Source: Mobula hypostoma (taxonomy: Eukaryota). Taken from it: 64,000 nucleotides of DNA. Of this stretch, positions 12,970 through 25,062 are shown in pieces. Each line of letters starts with the position of its first letter. Positions within the stretch are counted from its first letter, which is position 1. A model generated the notes under the pieces. The model was not told where the DNA came from, searched no databases, and worked only from the letters and a program-made list of their open reading frames with translations. Where the stretch lies: assembly GCF_963921235.1 (NCBI RefSeq), contig NC_086098.1, positions 8,308,001 through 8,372,000 on the forward strand, written 5' to 3'. Both the position numbers and the translations under genes were made by a program.

Positions 12970-15447
12970 AGACTGGAGGAATCAGATTGGTACTGGACCC
13001 CAAGAAAGGGAGTTTGTGGACTCCCTCCGAGATGGATTCTTAGAACAGCTTGTACTGGAGCCTACCAGAGAGAACGTAATTCTAGATTTAGTGTTGCACA
13101 ATGAACCGGATTTGATCAGGGACCTTGAGGTAAAAGAGCCATTAGGAGGTAGTGACCATAAAATGATAAGTTTTAATCTTCAATATGAGAGGGAGAAGGG
13201 AAAATCTCAGTATTACAGTTGAACAAAGGGAACTATGGTGCTATGAGGGAGGAGCTGGACAAAGTTCAGTGGAACAATACCCTAGCAGGGATGACAGTAG
13301 AACAGCAATGGCAAGTTTTTCTGGGAATAATGCGGAAGGTGCAGAATCAGTTCTCTCCAAAGAGGAAGAAAGATCCTAAGGGGAGTACGGAGATGCCGTG
13401 GCTGACAAGGGAGGTAATGGACAGTATAAAAATAAAAGAGAAGAAGTATAACATAGCAAAGACGAGTGGGAAGCCGGAGGATTGGGAAACTTTTAAAGAG
13501 CAACAGAAGGTAACTAAAAAGGCACTATGCGGAGAAAAATGAGGTACGAAGGTAAACTAGCCAAGAATATAAAGGAGGATAGTAAAAGCTTCTTTAGGTA
13601 TGTGAAAAGGAAAAAAATAGTTAAGACCAGAACTGGGCCCTTGAAGACAGAAACGGGTGAATTTATTATGGGAACAAGGAAATGGCAGATGAGTTGAACA
13701 GGTACTTTGGATCTGTCTTCACTAGGGAAGACACAAACAATCTCCCAGATATAATAGTGGCTAAAGGACCTAGGGTAATGGATGAACTGAAGGAAATTTA
13801 TATTAGGCAGGAAATTTATATTAGGCAGGAAATTGGATAGACTGTTGGGTCTGAAGGCTGATAAGTCCCTGGGACCTGATGGTCTGCATCCCAGGGTACT
13901 TAAGGAGGTGGCTTTAGAAATCGTGGACGCATTGGTAATCATTTTCCAATGTTCTATAGATTCAGGATCAGTTCCTGTGGATTGGAGGGTGGCTAATGTC
14001 GTCCCTCTCTTCAAGAAGGGAGGAAGAGAGAAAACAGGGAATTATAGACCGGTTAGCCTGATGTCGGTGGTGGGAAAGATGCTGGGGTCAATTTTAAAAG
14101 ATGAAATTATGACACATCTTCATAGCAGTAACAGGATTGGTCCGAGTCAGCATGGATTTACGAAGGGGAAATCGTGCTTGACTAATCTTCTGGAATTTTT
14201 TGAGGATGTAACTATGAAAATGGACAAGGGAGAGCCAGTGGATGTAGTGTACCTGGACTTTCAGAAAGCCTTTGATAAAGTCCCACATAGGAGATTAGTG
14301 AGCAAAATTAGGGCACATGGTATTGGGGGAAGAGTACTGACACGGATTAAAAATTGGCTGGCTGACAAAAAACAAACGGTAGCGATTAACGGGTCCCTTT
14401 CGGAATGGCAGGTGGTGACACGTGGGGTACCGCAGGGTTCAGTGCTGGGACTGCAGCTGTTTACAATATATATTAATGATTTAGATGAGGGAATTAAAAG
14501 TAACATTAGCAAATTTGCAGATGACACAAACTTGGGTGGCAGTGTGAAATGTGAGGAGGATGTTATAAGAATGCAGGGTGACTTGGACAGGCTAGGTGAG
14601 TGGGCAGATGCATGGCAGATGCAGTTTAATGTGGATAAATGTGAGTTTATCCACTTTGGTGGTAAGAACGGGAAGGCAGATTATTATCTAAATGGAGCCA
14701 AGTTAGGAAAAGGGGAAGCACAACGAGATCTAGGTGTTCTTGTGTATCAGTCACTGAAAGCAAGCATGCAAGTACAGCAGGCAGTGAAGAAAGCTAATGG
14801 CATGCTGGCCTTCATAACAAGGGGAATTGAGTATAAGAGCAAAGAGGTCCTTCTGCAGCTGTACAGGACCCTGGTGAGACCACACCTGGAGTACTATGTG
14901 CAGTTTTGGTCTCCAAATTTGAGGAAGGACATTCTTGATATTGAAGGAGTGCAGCGTAGGTTCACAAGGTTAATTCCCGGGATGGCGGGACTGTCATATG
15001 TCAAAAGATTGGAGCGACTGGGCTTGTAAGCCCTGGAATTTAGAAGGCTGAGAGGGGATCTTATTGAAACATATAAGGTTATTAAGGGATTGGGCACGCT
15101 GGAGGCAGGAAGCATGTTCCTGCTGATGGGTGAGTCCAGAACCAGAGGCCACAGTTTAAGAATTAGGGGTAGGCCGTTTAGAACGGAGTTGAGGAAAAAC
15201 TTTTTCACCCAGAGAGTGGTGGATATATGGAATGCTCTTCCCCAGAAGGCTGTGGAGGCCAAGTCTTTGGATGCTTTCAAAAAAGAGATGGATAGAGCTC
15301 TTAAAGATAGCAGAATCAAAGGTTACGGGGATAAGGCAGGAACTGGATACTGATTGTGGATGATCAGCCATGATCACAGTGAATGGCGGTGCTGGCTCGA
15401 AGGGCCAAATGGCCTACTCCTGCATCTATTGTCTATTGTCTATTGTC
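12970..15447 (+). mobile_element. Long CR1 LINE copy: ORF2 (late endonuclease, RT, C-terminus) as a pseudogene
   Basis: Encodes LGGSDHKMI (endonuclease end), GPDGLHPRVLKE, NYRPVSL, YLDFQKAFDKVPH, GVPQGSVLG, SKFADDT and NFFTQRVVDIWN. Frameshifts and an in-frame TAA at 15027. (CTATTGT)n tail at 15426-15447. Confidence 0.97.
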
Positions 15448-15713
15448 CATTAAAATGGAATGGTTTGATCATGTTTTTCATTCGATTTCTCTGCAACAGA
15501 TAACTAGGTGGTGAACTATCACAAAATCTGACAAATACAGTACATCCATGATAACATCTTGTATATTTAGTGCATAAATCAGGAAGCTTCCTTGTTAGTA
15601 ATCGCCTGTATGTGAAGAATATGCTTTTCAAACCACAAAAACACTGCAGCTCTGTTTTGTTCGGGATCCAGACACTTTTCCATTCTGCTTCAGTCCTGTC
15701 AATAACAATAATA

Positions 15714-15883
15714 TCAAGCAACACACATAAAAGTTGCTGGTGAACACAGCAGGCCAGGCAGCATCTCTAGGAAGAGGTGACTGCACCTCTTCCTAGAGAT
15801 GCTGACTGGCCTGCTGCGTTCACCAGCAACTTTTATGTGTGTTGCTTGAATTTCCAGCATCTGCAGAATTCCTGTTGTTTGCG
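15714..15883. repeat. 66-bp-arm palindrome from an inverted Penelope pLTR pair
   Basis: Arms 15714-15779 and 15784-15849 with 2 mismatches and a 4-nt loop. AATATCAA is repeated at 15710-15717 and 15884-15891. Confidence 0.9.
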
Positions 15884-16104
15884 AATATCAATAATATACT
15901 GACCAAAGTCTCAAAAATAAATATTTATTTGCTTAATTATTTCTTATTTTTTGTGTTTACACAGTTTGTCTTCTTTTGTTTCTGTGTAGTTTTTTTATTG
16001 ATTCTATTGTATTTTTGTTCTACTGTGAATGTCTGCAAGACTGTCACAATGTGTGGAGAACAGACAGACGCTCATATAGAGACGGCGATCAGAGGTTAGT
16101 CATT

Positions 16105-16750
16105 GTTCATTTTTAATGTGCTGTGTCGCATGACATAGGCAACCATGGTCCTTCCATGACCTTGCTTGCTCTAGGCAAATTTTTCCATAAAAGTAGTTTG
16201 CTATTGCCTTCTCAGCCAGAGACTCATTCCACCGAGATGCAACACAGAGCGTCATAGGAAGTCATTCCTGCCCGTGGCCATCAAACTTTACAACTCCTCC
16301 CTTGGAGGATCAGACACCCTGAGCCTATAGGCTGGTCCTGGACTTATTTCATAATTTACTGGCATAATTTACGTATTACTATTTAACTATTTATGGTTTT
16401 ATTACTATTTATTATTTATGGAGCAACTGTATCGAAAACCAATTTCCCCCGTATCAATAAAGTATGACTATGATTATGACTATGAGCAGTGTCTTTACAA
16501 GATGGGTGACTGCAGCCATTACCAATACTCTTCAGAGATTGTCTGTCTGGTGTCAGTGGTCGCAAAACCAGGATTTGTAATATACACTGGCTGCTTATAC
16601 GACCACCCACCACCTGCTCCATGGTATCATGTGACCCTGATCGGGATGGGGTGGGGCTATGCAGGTGCCTGAGGGTGACCTGCAGTCTAGTGGAGGAAAG
16701 GAGTGCCTTACACCTCCTCTGGTAGAGATGAATCTCCATCCCACCACCCA
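16105..16750 (-). mobile_element. RTE/Sauria-tail-like short retroelement, interrupted by Rex1
   Basis: Family tail motif GAAGGCAATGGCAAACCA (clearest in the 23248-23580 copy). Other copies at 27012-27392 (-), a shorter variant at 17755-17950 (-) and a tail at 43600-43680. Confidence 0.75.
16212..16485 (+). mobile_element. Rex1-type LINE 3' end
   Basis: Near-identical to 42352-42634. (GACTAT)n tail. The host repeat resumes at GCAGTGTC. Confidence 0.9.
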
Positions 16751-18089
16751 TAATAGTTTATTCATAATAATCCCAAAGAACTTGGGTGACTGGGCCGAAC
16801 AACACCATGAGAAGTAAAATTCTCAAAGCTAGGATCCCGCGATAAATGCTAATCAGGCATCCACTTAAATAACACAAATAACACAGAATCCCTAAGCCTA
16901 TCAATATAAACTGAACAAGTTTAAACAGAAAGCACCAGGAGACCACATTACAAAGAGTGAGTCGCTCGAGAAAAAACACAAGGAACTCTAAATGATCAGC
17001 GACCCTTATTAAACAACACTTAACCGATTCAGGCGCTGTTAAAAACCCTGGCACTCAATGCTCTCTGGCACCACACACAGGCCCGAAGGGCTCATTACAA
17101 CGACAATGAATCTCAAGGCTGAGACATACTGTATGCACTTTGATAATAACATTATTTTGTACTTTGAACTTTGGATCTACTGAAATATTTTACTCAGATA
17201 TTCTTTTCTCTTTTTCATTGAGTGGCTGAGGCTCATTAAGATGAATTTATAAAATCAATATTATGTCACTGGGCACTAGCACACCGCTTATATGTAATTA
17301 TGTAATTAGAAGACAGTTTTGACAACCAATTATTCTTAAAGGCAGTGTTTCACTAGTGCATATTAATTCATGCATGTTACTAATGTTTGTTCTATTTCTG
17401 TAAAAAGCTGAGGTACTATAACCATGTGGAGCAGCACAGCGGTATAGCAGAGAGCACGATGCTTTGCAGTGCCAGTAATCAGAGTTCAATACCAGCCGTT
17501 GTCCGTAAGGAGTTTGTACGTGCTCCCGTGACCTTAGCATGCTCTGGTTTCCTCCCACATTCCAATGATGTATCGGCCTTTGGAATGTGTGGCACATCGC
17601 CACAGAGTGCTGGGTGACTATAGGTAGGTTGTGGGCTTGTTGTGTTGGAACCTGAAGCACGGTGACACTTGCAAGATGCCCCCAGCACATCCTCAGCCTG
17701 TACAGATCATTGATACAAACAACACTTTTCACTGTATGATTCAATGGCATTATCATCATTATGCACGGGGTCATAGGGCTTGGGCAATCATGGTCTTTGA
17801 CTATGGTTGTCCTTGGACCCGTGGCTTCAGCGACCTTGATCGGTCGGGGGGGAGAACTAAGCAGCCGCTACCTTTTGCCCAAGGCTAACGGAGGGAAGGA
17901 GAGCCTAACACCTCCTTTGCTGGAGACGTGCAGTATCTCCACCCTTCCACTCCTCTCTGTGCAGCAAGTGATTAACTTTCTTTGATGGGTTCCAAAGTGT
18001 TTGTTGGGGAGGTGCAGGGCCCAGTATGGACCTGAACTCAAGGATGTTTGAGAACAGGAAAACCAAAGCACTAATCTGTGAAGGTCGGA

Positions 18090-18730
18090 AGAAAAGCAAT
18101 ATTTTGAGAACACAGAAAATGTAATGAGAAAATGCTAAAAATAAGTCGAAAATTCTCCCAAAGACTTGCAAGAATAAGAAAGGGATGTCTGTACAGCACA
18201 AACCTGACACTTCAGTGACAATGAAACAACAGAACAAGAAAAAAGTGAAGTAGAGTTTATTTTTAAAAAAGCTCAACTACAAAACTTTTCATAGTCAGAG
18301 GAGTAAGGAATCTATTAGAGCCAACAGTTGCACAGGGAATTAATAATGAGATGACCATTAAGATAATCTGGGTTATTTGAATATTCATAAGGAAACAGAA
18401 CCAGATGGAATTTATCCAGAAGTATTTAACAAAATGACAATTAGAAATTCTGGGAGCTGTGGCTCATTAAGTACATTGGCAGTGATAAAATGAATCAAAA
18501 ATGGCCAATGTTCCATTTTGCACAGAAGGTCAGAAATACAAATTAATAATTATAGGTCCTTCAGTCTGATATCTATTATTGAAGCAAAACATAATGGCCT
18601 TTTTATAAAAGAGCAATTAAAAAGCATGTAATGCAATATCACAGGTAATACAAATTTATTAGTCGCTGTTCATGGCAAAACACTCTTTGCAGTTTTCAAA
18701 GTTGGCTCAAAATTAGCGAGTGTTGTTGAT
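18090..18730 (+). mobile_element. Very old, AT-eroded CR1 RT fragment
   Basis: Conceptual PDGIYPEVFNK (cf. PDGLHPRVLKE) and NNYRSFSLIS (cf. GNYRPVSLTS) occur in the expected order. Confidence 0.6.
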
Positions 18731-19232
18731 GCAGTGTGCTGTATTCAGTCCCTTGGCTTTCAGAATCATCTGATTCCCGTCACAACTGAAAGCTGTTCAA
18801 GTTTATTGTCATTCAAAAGTACACATGTATACTGCCAAACAAAACAATGTCCCTCCAGACCAAGGTGCAAAATACGATATACATAACTGACACACAGCGC
18901 ATAAAGTAGTATTGCCACAAATAAATTAGCAAGCAATAAAATATTTTCCAGAAGATTAATATTTAGCATAAGGTGCATTTGCAGCAACAAGTTAAAAAGT
19001 AAACAGTACAACACTACCGGCGTACCATATGTGATGAGACCTGGGTGGTGGCAGGGAGGGAGTTCAGTTCTCTCGTGGCCTGGGAGAAGAAACTGCTTCC
19101 CATCCTAACAGTCCTTGTCCTAATGCTATGGTATCTCCTGTCTGATGGTAAGGGGTCAAAGAGATTGTTGGACAGATGGGAAAGATCATTGATAATACGT
19201 AGGGCCTTGTGTACACAGGACTCCTGATAAAT

Positions 19233-19954
19233 ATAGTCATAGTCATAGTCATACTTTATTGATCCCGGGGGAAATTGGTTTTCGTTAGCGTTGCACCATA
19301 AATAATAAATAGTAATAAAACCATAAATAGTTAAATAGTAATATGTAAATTATGCCAGGAAATAAGTCCAGGACCAGCCTATTGGCTCAGGGTCTGACCC
19401 TCCAAGGGAGGAGTTGTAAAGTTTGATGGCCACAGGCAGGAATGACTTCCTATGACGCTCTGTGTTGCATCTCGGTGGAATGAGTCTCTGGCTGAATGTA
19501 CTCCTGTGCCCAACCAGTACATTACGTAGTGGATGGGAGACATTGTCCAAGATGGCATGCAACTTAGACAACATCCTCTTTTCAGACACCACCGTCAGAG
19601 AGTCCAGTTCCATCCCCACAACATCACTGGCCTTACGAATAAGTTTGTTGATTCTGTTGGTGTCTGGTACCCTCAGCCTGCTGCCCCAGCACACAACAGC
19701 AAACATGATAGCACTGGCCACCACAGACTTGTAGAACATCCTCAGCATCGTCTGGCAGATGTTAAAGGACCTCATTCTCCTCAGGAAATAGAGACGGCTC
19801 TGACCCTTCTTGTAGACAGCCTCAGTGTTCTTTGACCAGTCCAGTTTATTGTCAATTCGTATGCCCAGGTATTTGTAATCCTCCACCATGTCCACACTGA
19901 CCCCCTGGATGGAAACAGGGGTCACCGGTACCTTAGCTCTCCTCAGGTCTACCA
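19233..19954 (-). mobile_element. Rex1-type LINE 3' part, young copy
   Basis: ORF 19350-19955 is nearly identical to the C-terminal half of ORF 41316-42470. (GACTAT)n tail. Confidence 0.93.
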
Positions 19955-20488
19955 TATCTCAGATGAGAAAAAGAAATGTCCGATGATCCTCAGAATCACT
20001 GGCATATGTCATGAAAATTGTTGTTTTGTGGCAGCAGTACAGTGCAGTACATAATAGTAAAAATACTATAAATTAAAATAAGAAACACTGTCTGTATAAA
20101 AACATAATTAAATAAGTAGTGCAACTAGAGATCAAAACAAAAGTACTGAAGTCGTGTACATGGGTTCATTGTCTATTCAGAAATCCTATGGTGGAGGGGA
20201 AGGAGCTGTTCCTAAAATGCTGAGTGTGTGGTGTGTGTCTTCAGGTTTCTGTACCTCCCTCTTCATGATAGCAATCCTTTATAAGGTCTTACTGTCAGAT
20301 GCCTTGCAATTCCCATACCAGACTGTGATGCAGCTAGTCATGGGTCTGCACAGTTGTGACACAATTGCACGGTATTAACTGGTGGAAATCAATGCTAGCC
20401 ATTCCATTCGGTTAGATTGTTGCCTGCATTTCACCTCAGATGTTTTGAACATTCATTGATCGATGTCATATAATTATTAATTCATAAG

Positions 20489-22023
20489 TGTCATGGTCCG
20501 GTTTGTGAAGTCTGCATTCCGGTTCACGGTCCGGTCCATCGTTCCTTATTCCAGGTTTTCCGGTTTTCCCTTGTTCTGTTGGGTGCTCTAATTGAGGCAC
20601 CTGATTCTCATTTTGGGCTGGACTGTTCTGTCATAGAGGGGGCAGTGCTGGGAGCGGACCCAAATGCAAGACACAGACACTGAAATACGAGGAACTGGAC
20701 TGGACTAGAGCTAGGGACGGGACAGGGCACAGACTAGGAGCTGGGACTTTGGCTGGGAAAATGGGACCAGGACAAGGAACTTGGAACTAGGAGCCTGGGC
20801 TTGGACTCCGAGCCAGAGAACCTGGGTCTTGACTCGGGCATGGACCCCCGAGCTAGGCGAGGACATGACGAGGCTTGGGTCCTTCAAGGCTTGGGTATGG
20901 ATTCCAGGCCAAAGACTGGGCAAGGACCCAGAACCTGGGTCTTGACTCGGGCTTGGACTCCAGAACTAGACAAAGACATGACGTGGTCTTGGAAGACAGG
21001 AATCTTGGAGCCTTGGACAAGGACTGGACGCTCAGAGCCTTGGTCTAGAGCATGGGAACACAGAGCCTTGGACTTGAGAGATAGGAACATGGAACACGGA
21101 GCTGGGACCCCTCCTTGGGAACAAGACGTAGGGCTGGGACTCATACACAGAATGCTGAACAAGATGAGACTGTCCTCGCCTAGTTCCGGTGTCTGAGCCC
21201 GAGCCAAGACCCAGGTTCTGGGTGCTTGCCCAGTCTTTGGTTCAGAGTCCAAGCCCAGGCTCCTAGTTCCAAGTTCCTTGTCCTGGTCCCGCTTTCCCAG
21301 CCAAAATCCCAGCTTGAGTCTGTGCCCTGTCCCGTCCCTAACTCTAGTCCAGTCCAGTTCCTGGTATTTCAGTGTCTGTGTCTTGCATTTGGGTCCGCTC
21401 CCAGCACTGCCCCCTCTATGACAGAACAGTCCAGCCCAAAATGAGAATCAGGTGCCTCAATTAGAGCACCCAACAGAACAAGGGAAAACCGGAAAACCTG
21501 GAATAAGGAACGATGGACCGGACCGTGAACTGGAATGCGGACTTCACGGACCGGACCGTGACAGTACCACCCCACCCCCTCCCCGCTATGGGAGCCTCCT
21601 GGCGACCCAAAAGGCTTCCCCAGACTATGGACGACATGGGCAGGAGGGGGGGCATTCAAAACGTGAGAACCCAGGATGGCGAGAATAACATGACGGTGTC
21701 TGTGTCGCTGGGTCTATGCTTGGCTGGACTGTTCCCTTCCCTTCCTTCTGAAGAACCCAAGCCTTATTATGTCCTCAACTAGTTCCGGGGTCCGAGCCCG
21801 AGTCAAGACCCAGGTTCTGGGTCCTTGCCCGATCTCTGGCTCGGAGTCCGATCCCAGGCTGCTAGTTCCAAGTTCCTTGTCCTGGTCCCGCTTTCCCACC
21901 CAAAGTCCCAGCTCCTAGTCTGTGTCCTGTCCCGTCCCTAACTCTAGTCCAGTCCAGTTCCTAGTACTTCAGTGTCTGTGTCTTGCATTTGGGTCCACTC
22001 CCAGCGCCGCCCCCTCTATGACA
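20489..22023. mobile_element. Rearranged palindromic Gypsy/chromovirus-like LTR element
   Basis: TGTCA...TGACA ends. TSD ATAAG/GTAAG. Inverted arms 20489-20865 and 21171-21563. Minus-strand PPT at 21564-21584. The LTR 3' end TGCATTTGGGTCC..TATGACA occurs three times. Confidence 0.85.
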
Positions 22024-22094
22024 GTAAGTGTCCAAGTTGACTTTAGTGCTCTTAAAGATTCAAAACTTCTCTGCAGCAAATCATAACCACAAGA

Positions 22095-22480
22095 GCTTCT
22101 GAAGATAGCGGAAGTCCAGAGCAACATGCACAAAATTCTGAAGGAAGTGAACTGGTCAGGCAGCAACTATGAAGGGAAAAATGTTGATATTATGGGCAGA
22201 GACCCCTCATCAGGACTGGAAGGGAAGAGGCAAAATAAGAAGATGGAGGGAGGGAAACGTGTACAAGCCAGCAGGTTGAAGTCAGGTGAGGGGGAAGGTG
22301 GGTGGGTGTGTGGGGGGGGAAGAATGAAGTGAGAAGCTGGGAGGTGATAAGTGGAAAAGGTAAAAGACTGAAGAAGAAGGAATCTGTTAGGAGAGGAGAG
22401 TGGACTCAGGGAGAAAGGGAAGGTGGAGGGGACCCGGGGGAGGTGACAGGCAGGTGAGAAGAAGAGGTAAGAGCTAAGAA
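22095..22480 (-). mobile_element. Penelope-like pLTR/3' region
   Basis: Same purine-rich repeat as 32870-33140, 33390-33700, 45860-46233 and 59296-59600. Decayed CTGATGA core at ~22207-22213. Confidence 0.7.
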
Positions 22481-23247
22481 GGGAGTCAGAATTGAGAACG
22501 TAAAGAGAGCCGGACAAGGTATTCTCTTGTGTTGATTCAGGTTTTATGACGGAGACAACCCTGTCAACGATTGTATTATAGCATTGCCAGGTCAAACTTC
22601 TAGTTTCAGAAGGTCAATTTGAAATAGCAAACACTTTCAAATGGGCTTTTAGATTGTAAAATAGCAAACTGCAAAAAGAAAAATAAAATCCTGCAAGAGC
22701 TCTGAAAGAATAAAAGAGGTAATAAGTTTACAATGTAAAATGGAGTGTCGCACCATATATACAAGGGTGGAATGATGGGGGATGGAAAGTATCGAATGGA
22801 GATTGTCTCATTTTATGTAATAAAGCCCTTTCCAGCCCAGAGAGACGCACAGCCCAATTACACCCATGCAACTAATTAATCTATTGACTCATATGCAAAT
22901 ATGGGCTGGAACTTGAGATTTTAAAAGCAGGTAATCAACATGGAAGATTACTGCAACTCAGAAACGACCTCCCCAAAGAGGTCAATCTATCTCCGTAGGT
23001 GAAGGAAAGTTTAGTTTTACATGTGAACTATGTCAGAAATATGTGATCAAACCTGCATTTGGAAGTGGTTAAAAACTGCAAAACATCACAATCATCTCAC
23101 TCAGGCTCTGAGATCAGTTGATTTTTTTTTTAAACTGGAAGAGGCTCCCTGAAGCCCTGATGCTTCCTTATTATTCAGGTAATTATCTACAGATAAAGAC
23201 AAGTATTTTAAAGGTTAGCTTTATTTGTCACATGTTCATTGAAACTT

Positions 23248-23580
23248 GGGTGGTAGTATGGAGATATGTCTCTACCAAAGGAGGTGTAAGGCATTCCTTC
23301 CATCCTCTAGCCTACAGGTCACCCTTGGGGGCAAGGTGTAGCACTTGCTTCACCCCCCGATCAGGGTCACGTGAATCCATGAGAGCGGGTGGTGGATGGT
23401 CGTATGAGCTGCTGGTGCAGATCACAAGTCCTGATTATGTGACCACGGACGCCAGGCAGAGAAGAGTATTGATAATGGCTGGGGTCACCTGTCTTGTAAA
23501 GACACTGCCCAGAAGAAGGCAATGGCAAACCATTTCCATAGATACATTTACCTAAAACAATCATGGTCATGGAAAGATAA
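23248..23580 (+). mobile_element. RTE/Sauria-tail-like short retroelement
   Basis: Matches the reverse complement of 27012-27392 and 16105-16750. Confidence 0.75.
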
Positions 23581-23654
23581 TGAACAAACATGTTACCTGA
23601 GAGCATACAGTGAAATACATTGTTTTCTTTAACAACCAACACACCCAAGGATGA

Positions 23655-23955
23655 ACCTAATAAAGTAGCGCTGAGTCTATAGTCATGGTCTTTGACTGCT
23701 GTAGCCCATCCGCTTTAAAGTTCACTGTGTTATACATTCAGAGATGCTCTTCCGCGCACCACTGTTGTAACGTGCGGTTATTTGAGTTACTGTTACCTTC
23801 CTGTCAGCTTGAACCAGTCTGGCCATTCTCCTCTGATCTCTCTCATTAACAAGGTGTTTATGCCCACAGAACTGCCACTCACTGGATGTTTTTTTGCGAG
23901 TTTTTTGCCCTATTCTCTGTAAACTCTAGAGACTGCTGTGTGTGGAAATCCCAGC
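23655..23955 (-). mobile_element. Tc1-like remnant
   Basis: Reverse complement of the 12110-12430 and 34310-34436/38909-39084 body. Confidence 0.7.
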
Positions 23956-24009
23956 AACCACATGGCCCTTGAGTGATTAGAGTCAGGGTTCACAGGCATG
24001 GATTGTACT

Positions 24010-24645
24010 GACTTTTTTAATTAATAGGCCTGAATTCCTGCAAGTTAATGTTGCAGCACCATAAAACTCTAGTTAGACAACAATTGGCGGATAGTGTTGC
24101 CTCATTATAAGATGGATCTGGATTCAGAAATAACAAATTTCACAACGTATGTCAATGATGATAAACCTGATTTAAATTCTGGAAGGTTTTAGAGAGGGTC
24201 CAGGGGAGATTTACCAGGATTCTGCCTGGATGAGGATAGTCTGAGTGTGCAAGGGCTTTTCTCCTTGAAGAGAAGGAGGACGAGAGGTATTTCGGTTGAG
24301 GTGTACAAGATGATAAGAGGTTTGGATAGAGTGGGCAGCCAGATAAATTTTCCCAGGGTGAACTGGCTAATTTAAGAGGTCTTAACTTTAAGGTGTTTGG
24401 AGGGAAGTGTAAGAGGATGCCAGAGGCAAGTTTTTTTTATAGAGTGACAGGTGCATGAAACGCACTGCCAGGGTGTTTGGTAGAAATGGAATTAGGGATG
24501 TTTAAGAGACTCTTAGATAGGCGCTTGCATGATGGACATTGAAGGCCATGTGGTAGGGAAAGGTACCGTCAGATTGATCTTTGAGTAAAAGGTCGGCAAA
24601 ACATTGTAGGCTGAAGGACCTGTACTGTGCTGTACTCTTCTATGT
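24010..24645 (+). mobile_element. Degraded CR1 3' end
   Basis: Matches the CR1 C-terminus and 3' UTR (..GAAGGACCTGTACTGTGCTGTACTCTTCTATG). Confidence 0.7.
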
Positions 24646-24758
24646 TTCATTATCTAATTTCAAAACAGGGACCCTCAGCATAGAAGTTAGCCAACAGCAC
24701 ATTGCATCTCTAAAAGTTGAAAGTAAATCAAAGTAAATTTATTATCAAAGTACATATA

Positions 24759-25062
24759 GGCATCCGTTAGTCTCTTGAACCCATGGATTTGCGCCTTGGT
24801 AGGCTTTCAGGGCACAGGCCTGGGCAAGGTTGTATGGAAGACCGGCAGTTGCCCATGCTGCAAGTCTCCCCTCTCCACGCCACTGATGTTGTCCAAGGGA
24901 AGGTCACTAGGGCTGATAGAGCTTGGCACCAGTGTCATCGCAGAGCAATGTGTGGTTAAGTGCCTTGCTCAAGGACACAACACGCTGCCTCAGCTGAGGT
25001 TCGAACTAGCGACCTTCAGATCACTAGACCGTCGCCTTAACCACTTGGCCACGCGCCAACAC
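24759..25062 (-). mobile_element. tRNA-headed CORE-like SINE with 13-bp TSD
   Basis: Minus strand has TGGCCAAGTGG (A box), AGTTCGAACC (B box) and TGTCCTTGAGCAAGGCACTTAACC. TSD CAAAGTACATATA at 24746-24758 and 25063-25075. Confidence 0.9.

Noticed and set aside
13833..15029. 398-aa ORF as a functional gene
   Set aside because: It is part of CR1 ORF2, with upstream frameshifts, an 18-bp tandem duplication near 13792-13830 and a premature stop.
20700..21300. CRISPR-like or coding repeat array
   Set aside because: The repeats are degenerate LTR sub-repeats with no unique spacers, and the context is eukaryotic.
24985..25060. tRNA genes (also at ~26245-26317, 44985-45050, 63725-63795)
   Set aside because: The A/B-box heads continue into a shared SINE body, and three of the four have TSDs. 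They are SINE heads.
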